Source: a virus. From it: DNA of 64,000 nt. Below, piece after piece: positions 39,790 through 49,244 of this stretch. The notes under the pieces are model-generated. The model was given only the letters and a program-made list of their open reading frames with translations. It ran no database searches and was not told where the DNA came from. Position numbers and translations under genes: made by a program. The stretch is taken from positions 40,872 through 104,871 of IMG/VR virus record IMGVR_UViG_3300008111_000005; one strand, given 5' to 3'. The stretch's first letter is position 1; each line of letters opens with the position of its first letter.

Positions 39790-40062
39790 TTATAGTAACC
39801 CTGCTGATGGAATAATAAGTTCAATACCGCCAGGAATGAAAACAGTTCCATTGACATATCCGTTGGCTTTGGCAATAATCCACCACTTAGATGCGTCTTT
39901 ATAATATCGTGTTGCCAACGAATCAAAACGATCACCATCTTGCGTTACAACTTTAAATTGAAACGCATCGGGAGTAATTGGGGACGGTAGTATAGTGGTA
40001 TAATACTGTACCCCCTTATCAGTTTTTTCAATTTCTAAGTTAGTAGTATATCGTGATAACAT
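39790..40062 (-). CDS. LysM-like baseplate protein
   Basis: GDRFDSLATRYYKDASKWWIIAKAN..G..L.IP. Confidence 0.75.
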   Translation of the reverse strand: MLSRYTTNLEIEKTDKGVQYYTTILPSPITPDAFQFKVVTQDGDRFDSLATRYYKDASKWWIIAKANGYVNGTVFIPGGIELIIPSAGLL

Positions 40063-40068
40063 ATTATA

Positions 40069-42222
40069 TTATGGGTTAATTATTGGATTTCCACTTTCAT
40101 CAAGAGGAACAGTGCCTTCATTATTTAAAACTGCTGTTGTTCTACCAATCAAATCAGCATATGATGCTGGTGTGGGATTGTCTGCACGTTCTAAACGAGG
40201 TAGTGATATAGTATTCTTTGATACGGTGTTTACACCCGATGGTCGTGGTGCAAGTTGTCGTGCTAATGCGTTTAGTCCTGGAATTTGTGATTGTACGTAT
40301 GCTTTTTGTTTGTTCAAGAATTCTTGTGCAGCAATTCTACTGTCTGATATTCCTGTGTTTGCGATTACATCATCACCGAACAATTGTGTAGTGAGTATTG
40401 GACTTGTATCCAATTGTTTTATGTATTCCTTTTCAATAATATTGTATGTCATATTCAACTTAATTGCTTGTGGGAGTTCTTTATCTATATCCCATGGAAT
40501 TTCTTGAAAACGCATGTCAATATTTTCTACATACCCAGGTTGATTAACTATTACATTTCCTATTGTAATCCTTGCAAGTGGTGGAACCATAAAACCACCC
40601 GCATTATCTATTGGGTAAACTAATTTGTTTAACATATTTGCACGAGTCCAAATAGTTTCCAATTCTGCTTCACTAAATGCAATAAGGTACATACTGAACG
40701 TTAAGGTTCTGTTCATACCTTTGTATGTGATGAATCGTTCTGGTCGTCCAACGTATCGAACTTCGTCGTATTGACCCTTTGCATTGTGATTGATATCTTC
40801 AATAAATGCACGAAAATTAATACCATTATCAAATACGCCAGGAACAGCTATTTTGAATTTAATATAGTCTGCGTTTTCGTTTTGTCCATCCAAAAATGTT
40901 GCATCTACTACCGCTCTATTATTTTGTAAATTAAAGTTATCTTTAATATAGGTTGCGGTAGTTATACCATTAAATGTTTTTGGTGTTGTTGCACTACGAA
41001 CAGAATCGGTATAATCTGCTGAACTACGATAATCATTTCGTGGATCTACACCATATGCAACTGTTGCTTTATTTGTATTGTTTAAATCCTTTACCTTAGC
41101 AATTGCCAACGTTGCACGTTCTAAATAGGCAGATTTCTCACCTTGATGGCTACGTATAACACCATCATTTTCTTTCATTATTGGCCACAAATCAGCTGCG
41201 TATAATGAATCGTATGCAGTTTGGTCTTTGGTCAATGTTGAATTTGACGCATTCAATCCTCGTAGTATTGCATTACCCGTTGCAGCAACGGTTTGTATAC
41301 CTCTACCTATTTGACCCAAGTTGACTGTATTACCGATTGAAAAATTCGTTCCCAATCTACTATTCAACCAACTGGTTCCTCTGCGAATAATTCCAGGTAC
41401 AGGAATATTTGTTCTATTTGCAATACCACGTAACGCGTTATTAACTACACCACCTGCTGCGTTAATCAATCGTGATTGTAATGTACGTTGTGCACCACCA
41501 ACGAACTTTAAACGTAATCTGTCTTGGGTACTGATTACCGTTTCCTTTTGTATTCTTCCCCACAAATCTGAGTTAATTGTGGCGTCATTTGGTACAATAC
41601 GTGATACACGTGCCAATGGATTATTTAAATTTGCATTTGCATAGTTACTAACTGCAAGGGGAACAGATAATGGATTGTATGCACGAGTTTGACCAAACGT
41701 ATTACCCGCCTGTAATCGTTGTTGTAGTGCGAGAAAGCTAATTCCTTCACCACTCAACAAGTATTTTCTCATACGTGTAATATCACGAGGGCCTGATACT
41801 ATTGGTAATGCTTGTGAATTTTGGCGAATAAAACTACTTTCCGCAACATCACTACTGTATGGTTTTATTTCAATTAACGTATTGTTTGTTGGAGTATTTT
41901 TATTTGTGATTAATCCATTACTTAACGGAAAATCATCATACAACAAAGTTGGTCGTTTTCTTGTATAGGTGGAAGGGGTACGTAAAGGATTTCCAGAAAA
42001 CGTAATACTTTGTCTTGGTGGTACAGTATTGTACGTATCATATATTGGACTAATACGACGAATATCTATTAAATTTTGTGGTGCATCTGGTACGCCAATC
42101 GTTTCCGAAACGCGGTCACGTATAGCAACAAATGCAGTGTTATCATTATTTACAGTAGAATCGGCATATATGTTTCCTATACCTTTATTGTTATTTGCAA
42201 TATTTTGGAAAAGTTTAGCCAT
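40069..42222 (-). CDS. putative tail-tube initiator/baseplate protein
   Basis: C-terminal FRAFI..YVGRPE..Y.G..R..F ... PP..ITIGN..PG..PW; follows the tape measure gene. Confidence 0.55.
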   Translation of the reverse strand: MAKLFQNIANNNKGIGNIYADSTVNNDNTAFVAIRDRVSETIGVPDAPQNLIDIRRISPIYDTYNTVPPRQSITFSGNPLRTPSTYTRKRPTLLYDDFPLSNGLITNKNTPTNNTLIEIKPYSSDVAESSFIRQNSQALPIVSGPRDITRMRKYLLSGEGISFLALQQRLQAGNTFGQTRAYNPLSVPLAVSNYANANLNNPLARVSRIVPNDATINSDLWGRIQKETVISTQDRLRLKFVGGAQRTLQSRLINAAGGVVNNALRGIANRTNIPVPGIIRRGTSWLNSRLGTNFSIGNTVNLGQIGRGIQTVAATGNAILRGLNASNSTLTKDQTAYDSLYAADLWPIMKENDGVIRSHQGEKSAYLERATLAIAKVKDLNNTNKATVAYGVDPRNDYRSSADYTDSVRSATTPKTFNGITTATYIKDNFNLQNNRAVVDATFLDGQNENADYIKFKIAVPGVFDNGINFRAFIEDINHNAKGQYDEVRYVGRPERFITYKGMNRTLTFSMYLIAFSEAELETIWTRANMLNKLVYPIDNAGGFMVPPLARITIGNVIVNQPGYVENIDMRFQEIPWDIDKELPQAIKLNMTYNIIEKEYIKQLDTSPILTTQLFGDDVIANTGISDSRIAAQEFLNKQKAYVQSQIPGLNALARQLAPRPSGVNTVSKNTISLPRLERADNPTPASYADLIGRTTAVLNNEGTVPLDESGNPIINP

Positions 42223-42225
42223 AGA

Positions 42226-44289
42226 TTATCCCACCACAGATAGACGGTCCATTGGTGACCGTGCGTTTAATGAAACCCGTCCTACTGTGTTACCGTCCAT
42301 TTCAATCTTAATACCTGCAAATGCTGATGCCAATCTATCTAATTTAGCTTCTAATTTAGACATATCTACATTGACAGTATTTGTTACTGCCGGTGCTTGT
42401 TGTTGTGCTGTCATTGGTGACGTAAGTGTACCAGCGGATAATAACTTTGTACCGGCCATTACAGTATCTTTGTTATTTAATGAGATAGTTTCATTTGGTG
42501 TTACCAGTACACGACTACCATACCCAGGAGAAGAAATGACATCATCTCCTTCTTCTGACTTCATACCCATCGCAGCGTATCCACCACCCGCTAACGCACC
42601 TGCCCCCAATAGTGCTAAGGATGCTCCACCACTGGGTATTGCTCCTAGTATAGCAGCAGCTGTGAGTAATGTACCTATTCCTCCACCTATTGCACCAAGT
42701 CCAATACCTGTTTTTGTATTACCTTGTTCAACAAGTTCTCTACCAGCCATAGCACTACCAACCCCAACAGTAAGACCTGCTGCACCAAGACCGACTCTAC
42801 CAGCTGTGCCTCCTAATAATTTTCCAAACATTCCAGAACTTCCCATCATAGCAGTATTTGCTACTAACGCAGCAGTATTTGCTATTAATGCCAAAGTTTG
42901 TGGATTTACAACAGATACCAATCCACCAATTCCAGTTAAGAGTGGTCCTAGTCCTTTAATAATACCTTGATTAATACCATCTTGTATTTTTTCTTCTTGG
43001 GTCTTTTCTGCTGGTAGTGCTTCTTCACCTTTTGCCAATCGTGTTATTTCCCCAATGTCCAATCCTAAATCTCGTTCTAACGAGACTTTGAGGAAACGAT
43101 TACGTTGTAATTCATTTAGTAATTGTTGATTACCACCGAATTGTGCCGAAAGTTCTTTTTGAACTTCTTCGGGAGTACCAGTCCCAGCAACCTGTGCAAG
43201 TTTATTAAAGTCAATATTGAAGCCCATTGCATTAAGTTCTGCAAAGTTCTCCAAAGCCCCTTCAAAGTTACCAACCAAATTGTCAGCAAACTGTTCTGTT
43301 TTATTTAAGCTTACTCCAATTCGTTGAGCATTGGCTGCTGCTCTTGCTAAGGAATCTGCGTATTTAACACCGGCTATTGCAACAAGATTTGCATTATTTG
43401 CTGCAAATGTTAAAGCTTGGTTTGCTGTTAATCCTGCATTTCTAAATTGTGTGATGAACTGTGATTGTAATTTTGCTTGATTAGCTAATCCACCAGCACC
43501 CAAAAATGCACGTTGTGCGCGTACAAATATTTCTACACTAGTACCAAAACTTTTTGAACTTTGTGCAATATCTTGTGCTGCTCCACGCGTCAATATTGTA
43601 CCAAATTCTTTTTGGTACGCATTTATGGCGGATATTGTATCTTCGACTTTAAGTTGTGGTCCTTTACTAAAATATGATGTAATTACGTTGGTATAGGCAC
43701 CTGCCAATGCACTAATAGACGTATCAAATGTTACTCCCAGCTTTTCTTGGGTACGGTAGATAGTATCACGTAATTTCATCAACGCTTCACCAGCTCGCAT
43801 TAAAATTTCACCAAATATTAACATTTTAACGCCAGGAATATTTGCAGCAAATAATTTGGATTTTTCTTCTACTGTTTTTAGAACAGAAGTTAATCTATTA
43901 AATCCCATAGCCGAATTTATTTGTTGTTTTGCTAATTCGAATTGGGCGTCCATGAGATAAGCTTCTTCTTCAAGATTTACTCTATCTTGTATAACTTTTA
44001 TTAAATCTGTTAGTTCATTAATATAAAGTTGTTCTAAGTCTGCTACACGACTTTGCAACCCATTTAACGTACCTGCAACAATCTTTTTTCGTTTACCTTC
44101 GTTGTTAATATAACTTGCTAATCCAGCAGCTTCTGCTTTCATCACACGTAATAAGTTTTCCTGTGCGGAACGTAAATCAGACGCAGATGATTGTAATATA
44201 TTTTGTTGCTGTATAATATCTTGATATTTCCCAGATAACTGTGATAATATCGAACTATATTCTTTTTCTGCTTCGTCAACTGTTGCCAT
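42226..44289 (-). CDS. tape measure protein
   Basis: 687 aa, helical and Ala/Gln/Leu-rich with a Gly-rich hydrophobic C-region; directly downstream of the chaperone pair. Confidence 0.7.
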   Translation of the reverse strand: MATVDEAEKEYSSILSQLSGKYQDIIQQQNILQSSASDLRSAQENLLRVMKAEAAGLASYINNEGKRKKIVAGTLNGLQSRVADLEQLYINELTDLIKVIQDRVNLEEEAYLMDAQFELAKQQINSAMGFNRLTSVLKTVEEKSKLFAANIPGVKMLIFGEILMRAGEALMKLRDTIYRTQEKLGVTFDTSISALAGAYTNVITSYFSKGPQLKVEDTISAINAYQKEFGTILTRGAAQDIAQSSKSFGTSVEIFVRAQRAFLGAGGLANQAKLQSQFITQFRNAGLTANQALTFAANNANLVAIAGVKYADSLARAAANAQRIGVSLNKTEQFADNLVGNFEGALENFAELNAMGFNIDFNKLAQVAGTGTPEEVQKELSAQFGGNQQLLNELQRNRFLKVSLERDLGLDIGEITRLAKGEEALPAEKTQEEKIQDGINQGIIKGLGPLLTGIGGLVSVVNPQTLALIANTAALVANTAMMGSSGMFGKLLGGTAGRVGLGAAGLTVGVGSAMAGRELVEQGNTKTGIGLGAIGGGIGTLLTAAAILGAIPSGGASLALLGAGALAGGGYAAMGMKSEEGDDVISSPGYGSRVLVTPNETISLNNKDTVMAGTKLLSAGTLTSPMTAQQQAPAVTNTVNVDMSKLEAKLDRLASAFAGIKIEMDGNTVGRVSLNARSPMDRLSVVG

Positions 44290-44297
44290 CTAGTATC

Positions 44298-44468
44298 TCA
44301 TTTACGAGGTTTTTTTGTAACCTTTTCTATTTCTGCGTTTGCTTTTTCTACTGTGTCGTTCATTTCCTTCAAATAGAAGCCGCGCAAGAACACGGGCATA
44401 TTATATAAATCTTGAAATGTAAAACCACCTTTTCCGTGATACACCATAGAAAAGATGACTTTATGCAT
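44298..44468 (-). CDS. tail assembly chaperone second segment (probably frameshift-fused)
   Basis: 56-aa ORF MHKVIFSMVYHGKGGFTFQDLYNMPVFLRGFY...; not in the ORF track; its frame opens at the T7 run 44496-44502. Confidence 0.7.
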   Translation of the reverse strand: MHKVIFSMVYHGKGGFTFQDLYNMPVFLRGFYLKEMNDTVEKANAEIEKVTKKPRK

Positions 44469-44475
44469 TTGTAAC

Positions 44476-45219
44476 CTATATTCTTGCGTCAGGCCAAAAA
44501 AAGTTCAAGCCTATGGAAATAGGTAGTGTTGTTGCATTATCACACTTTTCACACGTATACGGTGCTTCGAACTTCACATCTGGTGTAACTGTTTTATAAA
44601 ATTCACGAAGTGCTCGTGTGTCTGCAACCAACATATTATCTACTGTTTCACGGATAAGTTTTGGTTCAGACGACCCATCCACTTCTGCGATAAGATAACG
44701 TAATCTCGTAGATGCTTCTGGTTCTACCTGCATCCCCACCTTCTTCAATGCATCTAGTTCCTTTTGAATATCCTTTTCAATTTTACGAGTTAACACCCGT
44801 ACTTTAATAGTTTTCTTACTAATTGGTAGTGTAACCGTTACATTTTCTTCCGTAACATCTTTGGATTCTAATTGTGACAAATCCACAACGTGTTCTGCCG
44901 AAGTACCACATTTTGGACAGGTAACATTCACAGGATAATCTTTACCATACCCAAGAATACGTGATGCGACCATTACTGCGTTTAAGTCACCCAACAATAA
45001 ATCTTCGTGGGTCACTCCCTTTGTAACAATTAAACTATCAATTAATTTATCAAGAACGATACCCTTTTGAATAAGGTTCTGTGAGGTCAGAATATCTTCT
45101 TCCTTGGCGGTCATATACTTCAACTCAATTTGACCTGATGCCAATGGATGTCCTACTGGGTAAAACTTGCCCTTACTTGGTAAATCAATTACTTCCGTAG
45201 GGAATGTAACATTTGACAT
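44476..45219 (-). CDS. tail/baseplate assembly chaperone (T4 gp26-like)
   Basis: IDLPSKG.FY, MTAKEEDIL, CPKC, CEKC, C-terminal FFWP. Confidence 0.75.
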   Translation of the reverse strand: MSNVTFPTEVIDLPSKGKFYPVGHPLASGQIELKYMTAKEEDILTSQNLIQKGIVLDKLIDSLIVTKGVTHEDLLLGDLNAVMVASRILGYGKDYPVNVTCPKCGTSAEHVVDLSQLESKDVTEENVTVTLPISKKTIKVRVLTRKIEKDIQKELDALKKVGMQVEPEASTRLRYLIAEVDGSSEPKLIRETVDNMLVADTRALREFYKTVTPDVKFEAPYTCEKCDNATTLPISIGLNFFWPDARI

Positions 45220-45235
45220 AAGTAACTCCTTGTGT

Positions 45236-45256
45236 TATAAATACTTGATATAAATA
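45236..45256 (-). promoter_or_regulatory. tandem TATTTATA motifs (candidate late promoter)
   Basis: two copies upstream of the tail operon; the same 8-mer precedes other structural genes. Confidence 0.5.
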
Positions 45257-45259
45257 TCG

Positions 45260-47149
45260 TTAATCTACATTTTCATCGGTAAAATGTGTATTATAGTGGG
45301 TATTAATTCGTCGAACAAATTCTCTAAAAAATGATTTATTACTATCCGGCGTGACCAATGCTCCGTCTACAATGAGGTCCGCAATTTGCTGTTTATCCTT
45401 CAAGATATCCCGCATGTACTCGTCTATACTTTCTTCACAAATCATATAGTATGCTTGGACTTGGTTCGTTTGACCGATACGATGGGTTCTGTCCTCTGCC
45501 TGTTCGTGATTCGCAGGTACCCAATCCATATCCAAAAAGACAACTGTATCTATGATTTTCTGTAATCCGTCAATACCCATACCTGCGGCACGAATACTAA
45601 ATAATCCTACTTTTGCTTCTCCGTTGGTTAATTTATCAATCGTTTCTTGACGTTGATTACGATTCATTTCTCCCGTCAATATTGCTGCTTTATTACCATA
45701 ATGTTCCAACAAAAATTTTAATGGTTGAATATAGCAACTGAATATTAATATTGATCTATCATTATCCAAGAACTCATCAATCATTTCTATAAGACGAGGC
45801 ATTTTCTTTTGTATAAGAAATGCTTGGAGTTTTGGCATGTGGGTAACTGATGGTTTTCCATCCATTTTCCACTTCCCAAAAACTTCTTTTAATAGTGCTT
45901 GGTATTCTTTCTTTTCATCTTTGGTGAGTTCTACATACAAATCATTACGTTGCTTCTTTGGTAACTCTTTCAATACTTCATCTTTTTTACGACGAATGAC
46001 CAAATCTTTTGTGCGGTCATGTAGGTCTTGCAGGTTACGAGGTGCGTCCCCCTTCCATCCACCATAACGTTCTACAAAGTGATAGAAGTTATTAAATCTA
46101 TCCTTATCCAAAAAGTTTAATAGTGAGAACGCCTCAATAGGACGAGACATAACAGGAGTACCCGTTAAAAATATCGAATATTTTGTTTTAATTCCAGGAT
46201 ATTTTCTTCGTTCTTTCCACGACCCCAATACTGATTTTGCTCGAATAGTTTGACGATTTTTAAGAAACGTTGCTTCGTCACATACCAAGAGATCAAATTT
46301 TTGGTCACGAAGTGCTTTATTAATCTTTGGTACTGCATCATAATGTACGATATGAAACTGATTATCCAGTTCCCCATCGTAATGTTTACTATCCCAGATA
46401 GTAGATTTCTTACCAGTAAACTTTTTAATCTCACGTTGCCAGTTAATTGTTACGGACAACGGACACACAATTAATGTTTTAAGATTGTGAAGTTGTGCAT
46501 ATCCAATTGCCTGTACGGTTTTACCCAACCCAGGCGCATCTGCGATAAGACATCGACCCCCAGCTCTATCTACGAATTTCACACCAACTTTTTGATACGG
46601 ATATAAAGTAAGCTTCATTCCTTTGATATCAAACTCTGTATCTTCCAAAGAACGAATTTCGTCAAGGTCGTGTCTACGAGATTTAAGTTCTTCAACTTTA
46701 TCCAATACTTTCTTATCGCATTTGATATTACTGAAAATAGTAAATACTTTTGGAAGATGTACTAATGGGAACTCCCAATGTTTATCATCGTTGTTCCACT
46801 TTCGACCATCTATCTCGTACTTGAACTTTGCCAACATCGCTTTGTCATATGGCATGACAATGGCAGCGGTCTTATTATCTACTAATAATACCTCTACTTT
46901 ATCACTTGATGTTTTTGGTAAATCTTTATATGAGATAGTTGGATTGTTTGTTCGTGGTAAATCTAATTCACTAACATCCTCTCCCATTAGAGTTTTTGCC
47001 GCGGCAATTCTCCATACTTCTGGCAATCCCTCTTGCCCAGACATCCATTCTAAATACGAAGGAACACTCCTCGCAACGTGTGCTAAGGAGTGTCCTTTGA
47101 ATCTACCCCACGTAAAGATTACGTGTTCAACCGACTTGTGGAGTTCCAT
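45260..47149 (-). CDS. SNF2-family helicase (SMARCAL1/HARP-like)
   Basis: LYPYQ, DAPGLGKT, CDEA, LTGTP, QAEDRTHRIGQ; N-terminal FTWGRFKG..VPSYLEWM module. Confidence 0.9.
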   Translation of the reverse strand: MELHKSVEHVIFTWGRFKGHSLAHVARSVPSYLEWMSGQEGLPEVWRIAAAKTLMGEDVSELDLPRTNNPTISYKDLPKTSSDKVEVLLVDNKTAAIVMPYDKAMLAKFKYEIDGRKWNNDDKHWEFPLVHLPKVFTIFSNIKCDKKVLDKVEELKSRRHDLDEIRSLEDTEFDIKGMKLTLYPYQKVGVKFVDRAGGRCLIADAPGLGKTVQAIGYAQLHNLKTLIVCPLSVTINWQREIKKFTGKKSTIWDSKHYDGELDNQFHIVHYDAVPKINKALRDQKFDLLVCDEATFLKNRQTIRAKSVLGSWKERRKYPGIKTKYSIFLTGTPVMSRPIEAFSLLNFLDKDRFNNFYHFVERYGGWKGDAPRNLQDLHDRTKDLVIRRKKDEVLKELPKKQRNDLYVELTKDEKKEYQALLKEVFGKWKMDGKPSVTHMPKLQAFLIQKKMPRLIEMIDEFLDNDRSILIFSCYIQPLKFLLEHYGNKAAILTGEMNRNQRQETIDKLTNGEAKVGLFSIRAAGMGIDGLQKIIDTVVFLDMDWVPANHEQAEDRTHRIGQTNQVQAYYMICEESIDEYMRDILKDKQQIADLIVDGALVTPDSNKSFFREFVRRINTHYNTHFTDENVD

Positions 47150-47375
47150 CTGTTGTTTGGGTTGGAATCTTTACATACTTCATAGATTCCATATCTAAAC
47201 GCCATCCTTCTTGTGGAAGTAATCCCATCATTACCATCAATTCCACATTAGCATCTTGAAGTTCTCGTAATGAGGTTTGTTGGTATTCACGAATACGACT
47301 ATTGTGGAGTTCAACCAGTTGTCGGATTGCTAGTGGTACAGGAACTTCTGTTACTTCACGTTTCTCTTCCGTCAT
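47127..47375 (-). CDS. hypothetical protein
   Basis: 82-aa ORF coupled between neighbours. Confidence 0.6.
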   Translation of the reverse strand: MTEEKREVTEVPVPLAIRQLVELHNSRIREYQQTSLRELQDANVELMVMMGLLPQEGWRLDMESMKYVKIPTQTTDGTPQVG

Positions 47376-47376
47376 A

Positions 47377-48849
47377 TTATACCTTACGTTTAAAGAGTTG
47401 CGCCATATCGTCTTGACGATGGATTAATTTACCTTCCGGTTCCCATTCTTGGTCAAGACCAGTGACCTTCATAATATTATCAATCGAACCATACTGCTGT
47501 GTCCAATCACAGGTCAGATTAATTAACAATAGGTCTGTCTTTTCATAAAGTTGCTTACGAACTTGTTCTGCTACTATCTTTGTTGTTTCCAACAATCGAC
47601 CTGGCATTAGGAGAACCAGACTGTATGCTTTTTCATTCCACGTATGTAAGTCAAATATACTACCCATTGTAAAGATTCCCCAATGGATTGTTGTTGCTGC
47701 CGACATACAACGTTGCTTATCCATTTCCACACCATGCGGAATTAAATCTTGTCTATCTCCCACCACACGACCTAACAAGACACCATTACCACACCCAAGG
47801 TCAAGCACATTTCCACTTGGAATATACTTCATATCTCCAACTGCATCAAGAATAACTTGATGGAAATGATCCATTGCACCCTTGTTACTAAATCCGTTCT
47901 CTTCCCAAACAGAAGTATCTTCCAACGACTTAGCAAAGGATAGAGTCTTAGTAATAGGTTTAATTTTAGTTTTCTTTTGGTTATACGGATATGTAATACC
48001 CGACATACCATCTTCTGGATATGAATGACTGAGCTTTTGTACCGTGTATTTCCACGGTGTCATATCTGTACGTGATGATATCTTATTGATTGGGGTACGA
48101 ATTTCCGCGATGCCGTGCAACGCTGACCATTCCACGGGCCACGAAAGAATTTCATAAATCCAATCAATTTCCTTATTATATCCAAGTGTACGACCAAGTT
48201 CTGCCATTTTCATACCAAGTTCTTCTGTTGCTTTACAATCAAATGAACATGGAAGATGTGAGACTAGTCGAATACCCTGCCACCGCCAAAGAATATTGGA
48301 TTCTGGTGGAGTGTCTGCATTAATATGAATAGTGTGATCGTTGTCGGTTAACGTCAGCTTATCAGCTGCCATTGTCCACGTAGAATCTACATATCCTTGG
48401 TTTACCCAATATTTGTTGAAATGTTCAATACAACATGTAGGGTATCCAAGTAATCTTCCCGCTTCACGGTCACGAATAGATGATGGGGAATTCCATATAC
48501 TGAACCATTCTTCAGCCAATCGTTCTGACTTTGTAAAAACAACTCGTATATTATAATCTCCACCAGCATATGGAATTGTAGTAGAGGAATATTGCCCAGT
48601 AATTCCTTCCTTTGCCAAGGCAACAATTTTTACACCATACTTACCATACTCTTCTTGCAACGACATCAATTCCGATGGACGGATGATATCTAGTGCAGAT
48701 GGTCGAATGTCATGAACCACAGACATACGTTCTATATGTCTCCATGCACTGGAAATTGCCGAAATAATCGGTTCGTATTTATTTTTGTTTTCCATACTCG
48801 TCCACTGCACACGAGTCCAATCTGGTAAAACGTGTTTAATTCTTTGCAT
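47377..48849 (-). CDS. Cys-motif (DUF483-like) domain fused to class I SAM methyltransferase
   Basis: GRLLGYPTCCIEHF, SHLPCSFDC; C-terminal VLDLGCGNG, HGVEMD. Confidence 0.6.
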   Translation of the reverse strand: MQRIKHVLPDWTRVQWTSMENKNKYEPIISAISSAWRHIERMSVVHDIRPSALDIIRPSELMSLQEEYGKYGVKIVALAKEGITGQYSSTTIPYAGGDYNIRVVFTKSERLAEEWFSIWNSPSSIRDREAGRLLGYPTCCIEHFNKYWVNQGYVDSTWTMAADKLTLTDNDHTIHINADTPPESNILWRWQGIRLVSHLPCSFDCKATEELGMKMAELGRTLGYNKEIDWIYEILSWPVEWSALHGIAEIRTPINKISSRTDMTPWKYTVQKLSHSYPEDGMSGITYPYNQKKTKIKPITKTLSFAKSLEDTSVWEENGFSNKGAMDHFHQVILDAVGDMKYIPSGNVLDLGCGNGVLLGRVVGDRQDLIPHGVEMDKQRCMSAATTIHWGIFTMGSIFDLHTWNEKAYSLVLLMPGRLLETTKIVAEQVRKQLYEKTDLLLINLTCDWTQQYGSIDNIMKVTGLDQEWEPEGKLIHRQDDMAQLFKRKV

Positions 48850-48867
48850 AACCCCTTCGTGTTTAAA

Positions 48868-49224
48868 TTAAATCTTCAGCTTACTTTTTTCTTCTGCAAT
48901 AATCTGTTGCAAAAATGCCTTCCACGAATTTCCAGCAGTAGCCTGTGCTGTGTCGGTATCCGTACTTACTACTCCAAACTTGGCTTCATACGCTTCACGA
49001 TACCGACCAGTTTCATCAACGTGGTCTGCATGTCCGTTTGTCATATCAAACTCTTCACCAACAATTGTTTGTGATGTAGTTACTACTGGTACGGATTCGG
49101 TATCTCGAAATTCTTCTGGAATTTCCTTTAATATTCCCTTTTCCAAAAGTTCTTTTACTACTTCGAACTTTTGAGCGTAAGCTCCCGATGAGTCTACATG
49201 GTCAGCATGTAATCCTTGAATCAT
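48868..49224 (-). CDS. small protein with two HADHVD..G.Y repeats
   Basis: 118 aa, GAGG RBS, directly downstream of the radical SAM gene. Confidence 0.7.
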   Translation of the reverse strand: MIQGLHADHVDSSGAYAQKFEVVKELLEKGILKEIPEEFRDTESVPVVTTSQTIVGEEFDMTNGHADHVDETGRYREAYEAKFGVVSTDTDTAQATAGNSWKAFLQQIIAEEKSKLKI

Positions 49225-49244
49225 TTGTTTATCCTCTACTATTA

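Noticed and set aside
41969-42970. 333-aa plus-strand ORF
   Set aside because: Antisense to the Gly/Ala-rich tape measure C-terminus; no recognisable motif
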